The translations under genes and the position numbers were made by a program. A DNA stretch of 64,000 bases from an uncultured delta proteobacterium (GTDB lineage Bacteria > Desulfobacterota > Syntrophorhabdia > Syntrophorhabdales > WCHB1-27): positions 416,691-480,690 of the forward strand of contig CAWEPK010000012.1 in assembly GCA_963810935.1 (NCBI GenBank). The letters are read 5' to 3'. Positions 57,015 through 64,000 of the stretch are shown here, piece after piece. Numbering within the stretch: the stretch's first letter is position 1; each line of letters starts with the position of its first letter. The notes under the pieces were generated by a model. That model ran no database searches, had not been told where the DNA came from, and saw only the letters and a program-made list of their open reading frames with translations.

Positions 57015-57560
57015 ATGAAGCTTAAATCGGTAGGGTTGTTCGTTCTTATTGTCCTACTCGCAGTCTCTCTGGGCGCTTGCAGCAGTTCTACCAAAGCCAC
57101 TAAGAGCCAGGCGTCCGTGCAACAGCCGGCGCAGGCATCGAAACCCTTTACAGGCGATACGGGGAAGTTCAAAGACTCGAAGCATCCGGCGACAATGGCC
57201 AAAGCGGAGCCGCAGGCTGTTAAGCTGACGGTCAGCGACGTTCACTTCGACTACGACAAGTACAACATAAAGCCGGGGGACGCCAATTTGCTGAAACAGG
57301 ACTACGCTTGGTTCAAGGCAAACCCCAGCGGTCATGTGACGATCGAAGGCAATTGCGACGAGCGGGGCAGTGTAGAATACAATCTGGCCCTCGGCCAGAA
57401 GCGGGCAGACGCAACGAAGAAGCTCCTTGAGACTATAGGGGTGCCGGAAAAGATGCTCAAGACGATAAGCTACGGCAAGGAAAAGCCGATTGATCCCGGC
57501 CACGACGAGGCAGCGTGGGCAAAAAACAGAAGGGCCCATCTCGCGCCGGACAAAATATAG
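57015..57560 (+). CDS. pal: Peptidoglycan-associated lipoprotein
   Basis: Lipobox LGAC; HFDYDK, EGNCDERG..EYNLALGQKRA, SYGKEKP, NRRA. Confidence 0.94.
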   Translation: MKLKSVGLFVLIVLLAVSLGACSSSTKATKSQASVQQPAQASKPFTGDTGKFKDSKHPATMAKAEPQAVKLTVSDVHFDYDKYNIKPGDANLLKQDYAWFKANPSGHVTIEGNCDERGSVEYNLALGQKRADATKKLLETIGVPEKMLKTISYGKEKPIDPGHDEAAWAKNRRAHLAPDKI

Positions 57561-57790
57561 TTCGAGGTAATAGACGGATATTCGTCAGCAGGTTTTGCCG
57601 GGTCGTTTGCTGGTGCAGGCCGCTTGGGGGAGGCCTGGCAGGAAGGTCTTCCCCAAGCCCCGGTTCTGGACGACCGTCATCCGGTTTTCGGCCGAATGTC
57701 GCCTTATTGTTCGATATACGAGACAACTTTAGCTGTTGCAAAAAGAGATACTGCCACGGCCCATACGTTCCTTATCGTTGGGAGACTTCA

Positions 57791-57952
57791 ATGGCAAATC
57801 AGAGGGATTCCGAGAATCAACCGCCCCGTGAGGAGGCCGAGGGTGCACATAGGACGCGGAAGGTGACTAAACGTGAGCTGGGCGACATGCTCCGGAAGCT
57901 AAAAGTGCAAAGATACGAGAGAAGACTTACATCCGAGAAGAAAGAAACCTAA
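57791..57952 (+). CDS. Small charged hypothetical protein (53 aa)
   Basis: GGGAG RBS before ATG 57791. Confidence 0.45.
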   Translation: MANQRDSENQPPREEAEGAHRTRKVTKRELGDMLRKLKVQRYERRLTSEKKET

Positions 57953-58140
57953 GCTCTTACGGCCTGTGACCAGGCGAAAGCGCGACGAGCGCCTCATATC
58001 TTTCGCTACTCGATTGCAGGCGGGATACGCAACTGATAAATAGTTCTTGACATTGGGTATAACACCGTCTAATACTATACCCAATCATACAACTGAATGT
58101 AAAACATACATCGACTGCGGAACCCGGTCTGGAGGGCCTT

Positions 58141-58440
58141 ATGTTCGTTCTTTGCACAGCGATCCTTGTTATCGTTGCGGCCGCTATTTGTTCCATCCAC
58201 AGCGGCGCGCCTGTAAGCGTACATTTTCTTTCGTGGAAGTTCAGCGCGCCCCTGCCCATCATAGTCTTCGTTGCGTTTCTGATCGGAGTGATCACGACCG
58301 CCCTCTTCCGTCTTGCGGGCCACTCAAGGCGGCAGCCGTGGCAAAGGAACAGGGACAACAGGATGGGCGACCAGAACTCGATCGTCAGCCTGCCGAAAAG
58401 CTGGAACGACTATCGCGTCTGGTTATCGGTAAAACAATAG
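58141..58440 (+). CDS. LapA-like small membrane protein
   Basis: Two TMs around PVSVHFLSWKFSAPL. Confidence 0.6.
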   Translation: MFVLCTAILVIVAAAICSIHSGAPVSVHFLSWKFSAPLPIIVFVAFLIGVITTALFRLAGHSRRQPWQRNRDNRMGDQNSIVSLPKSWNDYRVWLSVKQ

Positions 58441-58608
58441 CCCTCGGACGGGTCCGTCGCCGGACCCCAATAATGGCCGCCGGCGGCCATAAAGCAAGCG
58501 TAGCGCCGCGCCGAGCGGGGAGGCCGGGGCACCCGCCCGACGTAAGGCGGGAAGGGTCGCGGCTTCGCCGGTGGAGGGGGCGCTGAACCCCGATAATTGC
58601 CCGCACCC

Positions 58609-59889
58609 TTACCAGTATTTCATAGCGTCTTCGAATATGGCGGCCAGGTCTTCCGCCCCGACTGGACGGGGGGAGAGCTTGAGCAGGCGCTGCTGGGGAA
58701 GCGTACCTTCCACCAGGGCCGGGATGTCGGCCGACGTGTAGCCGATGGCGGCAAGCCCGTTGGGCATGCGCAGGCGCTTCATGAAGCCGATCACTACGTC
58801 CGCGACTACGCGGCCTGCGTCTTCCGGTTTTGCACGCGAGATGTCGGCCCCGAGGGCCTCCGCGGCCAGCAGGTGCCTGCCGGGGCAGGCGCGAGCGGTA
58901 AAGCGCAGCGCAGCGGGGGCGTTCAGCACAACGGCGATGCCGTGCGGTACGAGCGGCCGGTCCTGCGGGTATCCGGGCGCCCGGTATTCCCTCACCATCC
59001 CTGAGACCCCATACGACATCGCGTGCGGGATCGTCGTCCCGGCGTTGCTGAAACCGACGCCCGCGAACGAGGCGGCGAAGGCCATCGCGGTGCGCGCCTC
59101 GATGTCGTCCGCATCTTCCACTGCCCTGACGAGATAGGAAGCGAGCATGCGCATCGCCTGGAGGGTCCAGATGTCGCTGGCCGGATTGGCGCCCTGGAAC
59201 GCCGGGCGGAGGATCGGCCTTTCGGGGCGGGGCCGCGAGTCGTACGGGGCAGCCGTGTAAGACTCGATGGCGTGCGTCAGAACGTCGAGCCCGGTAGAGG
59301 CAACGACCATCGGCGGGAGCGTCCGGGTATTTTCCGGATCGACTATGCCGAGCGTCGGCTTCAGCCGCCTGTGCGAGACGCCTGTCTTTGCATGAAGCCC
59401 CTCGAGCCCCAGGACCGCGACCCCCGTAGTCTCGCTTCCCGTACCGGCAGTAGTGGGGATGGCGAAAAGCGGCTTCAACGGCCCCGGCACCGGCATGCCT
59501 TTCCCGACGGGCGCGTTCAGGTAATCGAGGAAATCGGAAGGCGGGTAGGTCGTATACAGGTTCACGAACTTAGCCGTGTCTATGACCGACCCCCCTCCCA
59601 CCGCGACAAAGGCATCAATTGGCTCTTTCCGCGCGTAAGCGATCGCCTTTTTTATCGATTCGTCCGTAGGCTCGATGCGGACCTCGTCGAAGACGGCATA
59701 ACTTATCCCCTCTTTTTCCAGGGATTCGCGCACTATTTGAACGGGCTTAGACGAGGCCAGGTTCCGGTCTGTCAGCACGAGCACCCGGCGGATCCCCAGC
59801 TCGGCAAGGTCCATGCCGACCTCGCTCGTTGCCCCCGATCCGAAGCGAAGGTTCGACGCAGCCATCTCGAATGCGTAATCGTGATCCAT
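58609..59889 (-). CDS. Hydroxyacid-oxoacid transhydrogenase (Fe-ADH family)
   Basis: FEMAASNLRFG, GGGSVID, PTTAGTGSETT, PLVPHG. Confidence 0.9.
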   Translation of the reverse strand: MDHDYAFEMAASNLRFGSGATSEVGMDLAELGIRRVLVLTDRNLASSKPVQIVRESLEKEGISYAVFDEVRIEPTDESIKKAIAYARKEPIDAFVAVGGGSVIDTAKFVNLYTTYPPSDFLDYLNAPVGKGMPVPGPLKPLFAIPTTAGTGSETTGVAVLGLEGLHAKTGVSHRRLKPTLGIVDPENTRTLPPMVVASTGLDVLTHAIESYTAAPYDSRPRPERPILRPAFQGANPASDIWTLQAMRMLASYLVRAVEDADDIEARTAMAFAASFAGVGFSNAGTTIPHAMSYGVSGMVREYRAPGYPQDRPLVPHGIAVVLNAPAALRFTARACPGRHLLAAEALGADISRAKPEDAGRVVADVVIGFMKRLRMPNGLAAIGYTSADIPALVEGTLPQQRLLKLSPRPVGAEDLAAIFEDAMKYW

Positions 59890-60073
59890 CTCAAAGGCCT
59901 CCTTTTAACCATTCGTGCCGTCTGTCCGACCCATCGACGGCGCCCGGACATCTTCCGCTGCTTTGTTTTTGCACGGAGCGGTAGATTTTGCAAGCAAAAA
60001 ACACATCCGTCTCTCCACTAAAGCCTTGCCTATGCCGTATAATTCTGCTAGAAATAATGTGGGAGGCCGGTGC

Positions 60074-61951
60074 ATGCCTAACGGCTATAACGGACGCATT
60101 CTGCGCGTCGATTTGAGCGCGGGTAAGACCTGGATAGAGGAGCCGCCGGAGCAATGGTACCGGACGTACCTTGGGGGCAGCGCAATCGTCGGCTACTACC
60201 TGCTTAAAGAGCTTGCGCCCGGAACGGACCCGCTCCACGCGGACAACCTCCTGATCTTCGCGTCGAACGTCATATCCGGCGCACCTGTATCCGGCTTCTC
60301 CCGGTTCACGGTCGGCGGCAAATCGCCCCTTACTAATGCTTTCGGTGAGTCGGAGGCAGGCGGGTGGTGGGGCCCCGAGCTGAAGCTGGCGGGCTTTGAC
60401 GCCGTAGTGATACGCGGCCGCGCCGCGAGCCCGGTCTACCTGTGGCTGCACAACGACGAGGCCGAAATCCGCGATGCCGCACACCTCTGGGGGCTCGGCA
60501 ACGGCGACGCGCGCGACCGCATCCTCAAGGACCTGGGCGACGAGCGCGTAAGAATTGCGTCCATCGGCCCGGCAGGCGAGCATCTGGTGCGCTTCGCGTG
60601 CATTATCAACGAGCTGCGCCACGCGAACGGGCGGACCGGCATGGGTGCCCTCATGGGCTCGAAAAACCTGAAAGCCATAGCCGTCCGAGGCAAGAAGAAA
60701 ATGACCTTCGCAAGGCCCGCCGAGGTGGCTGCCATCGCCAAGTGGCACAATGAGAGGATAAAGGTTCACCTGCCCAACATAGGCTGGCACCAGTTCGGTA
60801 CGCCGGGGCTCGTGCCCGGCCTCAACGCAGCCGGCATTTTTCCTACGAGGAACTTTTCTGACGGGTCGTTCGAGGGCGCAGGCAAGATCGACGGACAGGC
60901 GATGATCGATACGATCCTCGAAGGGCGGGAAACCTGCTACGCCTGTTCGGTGCGCTGCAAGCGGGTGGTCTCCTGCGAAGAGCCGTACAAGGTAGACCGG
61001 AAATTCGGAGGGCCCGAGTATGAGACGCTGGCGTCCCTCGGCTCTCTCTGCGGCATTGACAGCCTGCCCGCCATATCGAAGGGGCATCAACTGTGCAACG
61101 ACATGGGCATGGACACCATCTCCGCAGGCGCCCTGGTCGGCTTCACGATGGATTGTTTTGAAAAGGGCATCCTTCACGCCTCCGACGCGGGAGGGGCCAC
61201 CTACCGATTCGGCGACGCGGACGCGATGCTCGGCCTGCTGAACGATATCGCCTTTCGGAACGGCCTGGGAGACCTGCTCGCAGAGGGCGTCCGCATCGCC
61301 GCCGAACGGATAGGGGGAGGCGCGGAAAAGCTTGCGTTTCACGCCAAGGGTCAGGAGGTCGCCATGCACGACCCCAGGGGAAAGACGTCGGTCGCCCTGA
61401 GCTATGCCGTCTCCCCAACGGGCGCGGACCATATCGAGGCGCAGCACGAGACTGCCTTTCAGGCAAGGACGCCGGTTTTCGGGCAGCTTGCCCCGCTCGG
61501 CATCCACGAGCCCATGGACATTTTCTCGCTTGCCGCGGAAAAGGTGCGGAATTTCACCATTTTGCAGCGCGTCTGGAGTCTCTACAATTCGATAGGCATC
61601 TGCAACTTCGTCGCGGCCCCCAATTACGCTTTGACTTTCCCGAAACTCGTCGAGGCAATCAGCGCCATAACCGGCTGGGAAACAAGCCTCTGGGAACTGC
61701 TCCGGGCAGGCGAAAGAGCGAACGTAATGGCGCGCATGTTCAATATCAGAGAGGGCATAACGGGAGAGGCGGACACGATCCCGGCCATATTCTTCGACCC
61801 TCTGCCGAGCGGCACTTCCAAGGGCAAGCGCATCGACAAAACGGAATTCCGCAAGGCCCTGGAGCTTTACTACGACACAATGGGCTGGGACAAAGACGGA
61901 AAGCCGACGCGCGGCAAACTCGTCGACCTGGGTCTGGACTGGCTGCTGTAG
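60074..61951 (+). CDS. aor: Aldehyde:ferredoxin oxidoreductase (W/Mo)
   Basis: GYNGRILRVDL, KSPLT, GRTGMGALMGSKNLKA, CYACSVRC, GPEYET, GMDTIS, DPR. Confidence 0.95.
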   Translation: MPNGYNGRILRVDLSAGKTWIEEPPEQWYRTYLGGSAIVGYYLLKELAPGTDPLHADNLLIFASNVISGAPVSGFSRFTVGGKSPLTNAFGESEAGGWWGPELKLAGFDAVVIRGRAASPVYLWLHNDEAEIRDAAHLWGLGNGDARDRILKDLGDERVRIASIGPAGEHLVRFACIINELRHANGRTGMGALMGSKNLKAIAVRGKKKMTFARPAEVAAIAKWHNERIKVHLPNIGWHQFGTPGLVPGLNAAGIFPTRNFSDGSFEGAGKIDGQAMIDTILEGRETCYACSVRCKRVVSCEEPYKVDRKFGGPEYETLASLGSLCGIDSLPAISKGHQLCNDMGMDTISAGALVGFTMDCFEKGILHASDAGGATYRFGDADAMLGLLNDIAFRNGLGDLLAEGVRIAAERIGGGAEKLAFHAKGQEVAMHDPRGKTSVALSYAVSPTGADHIEAQHETAFQARTPVFGQLAPLGIHEPMDIFSLAAEKVRNFTILQRVWSLYNSIGICNFVAAPNYALTFPKLVEAISAITGWETSLWELLRAGERANVMARMFNIREGITGEADTIPAIFFDPLPSGTSKGKRIDKTEFRKALELYYDTMGWDKDGKPTRGKLVDLGLDWLL

Positions 61952-62353
61952 ACAGCGCGAGCGACCTCATAAGGATTTGCCGGGATAGTCCTGAAGGCGG
62001 CGGTGACCGGAACCCCTACGCGTAATCAGCACAGTTCCGTGAAGGGGGCGGGCCGAGGCCTGCTTCCTGAAAGTCTAGATTTTGCTCCCAGCCGAAAAAG
62101 ATCATCGTTGCGAACGGCATTCGTCAATAAAAGCAAGTTGACTAATGCCGAGCAATGCGAAAAATCGGGTATCCAGGGCCTCAAAGCACCCTTTCTTCGC
62201 ATCATTCGCGTATCGCCTTTGAATTCGCTCGATGTTCCAGGGCGGCCTGGTGATTATACTTTGAATGAAGAGCCGAGCCGGGAATGGCAAGGACCATCAG
62301 AAAACAACTAATGGTCATCAAAATCACGCGCCCAAATCACGGAGGTACTCGAA

Positions 62354-63274
62354 ATGAGAAAAAGCAGCTCTTTTGCAACGTTGATCTTCATCGTAATTTT
62401 CGGCATCGGCGTAGTATTGACATACACCATGTACAACGCTTCAGCGAACGTGCAAACCGCGTGGATCGGAGTCATTGCTTTTTTTGTCGCTCTCTTTGTT
62501 TCTCTCGCAATAAAGGTTGCGGATCAGTGGGACAAGGCGGTGATATTGCGGTTAGGCAAATTCCGCTCCCTTCAGGGACCGGGGCTGTTCTTCATTATCC
62601 CGGTCATCGACTCGATAGCATACTGGATTGACACCCGCGTGATCACGGCTTCTTTCAAGGCCGAAAAGACTCTTACCAAAGATACCGTGCCCGTGGATGT
62701 CGATGCGGTGCTCTTCTGGAAAGTTTTGGACCCCAAGAAGGCGGCCCTGGATGTAGCCGACTATCAAAGCGCCATAAGTTGGGCCTCCCAAACAGCTCTG
62801 CGCGATGTCATAGGCAAAACCATGCTTTCGGACATGCTGGAAGGCAGGGAGAAGATTAGCAGCGAGCTGCAAAAGATCATTGATGAGCGCACCGAGCCGT
62901 GGGGCATTAATGTTATTTCGGTGGAAGTCAAAGATGTACTCATCCCCTCGGCCCTGGAGGATGCGATGTCGATGCAGGCCCAGGCTGAAAGAGAACGTCA
63001 GGCCAGGGTGATTCTGGGAGATTCGGAGCGGCAGGTGGCGGAGAAGTTCGGAGAAGCGGCCAGAACCTATGCCAACGATCCCATCGCTCTTCACTTGAGG
63101 GCAATGAACATGCTTTATGAGGGTTTGAAGGAGAACGCCACGATCGTCATCGTCCCCAGCACAGCCGTGGAAAGCATGCAACTGGGCGGCCTTGCCGGGA
63201 TGACGGCCTTGACCATGGGAATCGGCCAGGAGCGGGCAAGCAAAGAGAAGGAAGGCGAGTCCATAAAACAATAA
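62354..63274 (+). CDS. SPFH/slipin (stomatin-like) protein
   Basis: GPGLFFIIP, LTKDTVPV.VDAV, QTALRDVIG, QAQAERERQAR. Confidence 0.93.
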   Translation: MRKSSSFATLIFIVIFGIGVVLTYTMYNASANVQTAWIGVIAFFVALFVSLAIKVADQWDKAVILRLGKFRSLQGPGLFFIIPVIDSIAYWIDTRVITASFKAEKTLTKDTVPVDVDAVLFWKVLDPKKAALDVADYQSAISWASQTALRDVIGKTMLSDMLEGREKISSELQKIIDERTEPWGINVISVEVKDVLIPSALEDAMSMQAQAERERQARVILGDSERQVAEKFGEAARTYANDPIALHLRAMNMLYEGLKENATIVIVPSTAVESMQLGGLAGMTALTMGIGQERASKEKEGESIKQ

Positions 63275-63324
63275 TGACTTCAATCCGGCTTCATCAAGAC
63301 TGCGAAATAACGAAAGAATTATCC

Positions 63325-64000
63325 ATGAAGCCGGCCGACCCACGTATCCTGACGATCAACGGCGGCTCGTCGAGCATCAAGTTCGCGCTGTTTGAGGCCG
63401 GCGGCTCGCTCCGACGGATTCTGGAGGGCGGGATCGAGCGGATCGGACTGCCGGAGTCCGTCTTGCGGGTGAAAGGTTTGAATCTGGCGGACAACTTTTC
63501 GCGGTCAGTGACGGCGCCGGACCACACCGTGGCGGTGGGCGCTTTGATGGACTGGATGGAGGAAAGAATCGGCATCGACATGTTGACCGCGGTGGGACAT
63601 CGCGTGGTGCATGGCGGGCCGAAGTATAGCAAGCCGCAGCGAATCACCCCGGAAATGGTTGAGGAACTGCACAGGCTCAGTCCATTTGATCCCGACCACC
63701 TGCCGGAGGAGATCCTGTTAACCGGGGCTTTTCATCGCCGGTTTCCCGACCTGCCTCAGGTGGCGTGTTTCGACACGGCTTTCCACCATGACCTGCCGCA
63801 CGTGGCCCGGCTCTTGCCGATCCCGCGCCGCTTTGAGGCGCAGGGGATGCGGCGGTACGGGTTTCACGGGTTGTCGTATGCGTTTCTCATGGGCGAGCTG
63901 GCCCGCCTGGCTGGACCGAAGGCGGCCCAAGGCCGGGTCATTCTCGCCCACCTCGGCAATGGGGCGAGCCTTGCGGCAGTGCATGGTGGGAAAAGCATTG
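63325..64000 (+). CDS. ackA: Acetate/propionate kinase (3' partial; not in the ORF track)
   Basis: ILTINGGSSSIK, VGHRVVHGG, ACFDTAFH, RRYGFHG, AHLGNGASL. Confidence 0.95.
   Translation, partial: MKPADPRILTINGGSSSIKFALFEAGGSLRRILEGGIERIGLPESVLRVKGLNLADNFSRSVTAPDHTVAVGALMDWMEERIGIDMLTAVGHRVVHGGPKYSKPQRITPEMVEELHRLSPFDPDHLPEEILLTGAFHRRFPDLPQVACFDTAFHHDLPHVARLLPIPRRFEAQGMRRYGFHGLSYAFLMGELARLAGPKAAQGRVILAHLGNGASLAAVHGGKSI

Noticed and set aside
1..64000. CRISPR array, cas genes, retron/reverse transcriptase or prophage
   Set aside because: No repeat-spacer array, RT motif or phage structural gene was seen

Overview
GC-rich bacterial window. Gene content (VPLP-CTERM and CFI-box-CTERM proteins, AOR, MetF-MetV fusion, GEMM-I riboswitch, possible Sec use) suggests an anaerobic Desulfobacterota/Syntrophorhabdus-like organism (inference). 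Core content: FeoAB, tRNA-Val(GAC), a VIT-vWA protein, an ECF sigma/anti-sigma pair, a sigma54 activator followed by a complete Flp/Tad pilus operon, an MFS transporter, a sugar-phosphate cluster (glk-rpiB-pgi-HAD-gnd-rpe), Pal, HOT, AOR, SPFH and acetate kinase, plus three type II TA modules. The most striking feature is an intact 3,192-bp IS1-family cargo transposon (3458-6649) with perfect 18-bp terminal IRs and an 8-bp GAATATTC target duplication. It carries a small basic protein, an unknown gene coupled to an XRE-HTH/ImmA-IrrE metallopeptidase (TA/defence-like), and a non-canonical tRNA-like RNA (CGA anticodon on a short-variable-loop, Arg-like body) preceded by a hairpin that can compete with its acceptor stem. 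Other signals: an A20-type (cGAMP-like) GEMM-I riboswitch, a probable UxxC selenoprotein tail with a SECIS-like hairpin, a GGAAC-N18-GTCT ECF promoter seen three times, a decayed attC after a DUF2971 gene next to a nuclease-TPR gene, and duplicated promoter segments. About six single-base frameshifts, mostly in short homopolymers, point to assembly error and limit pseudogene calls. All family assignments are from motif recognition by eye, not database searches.
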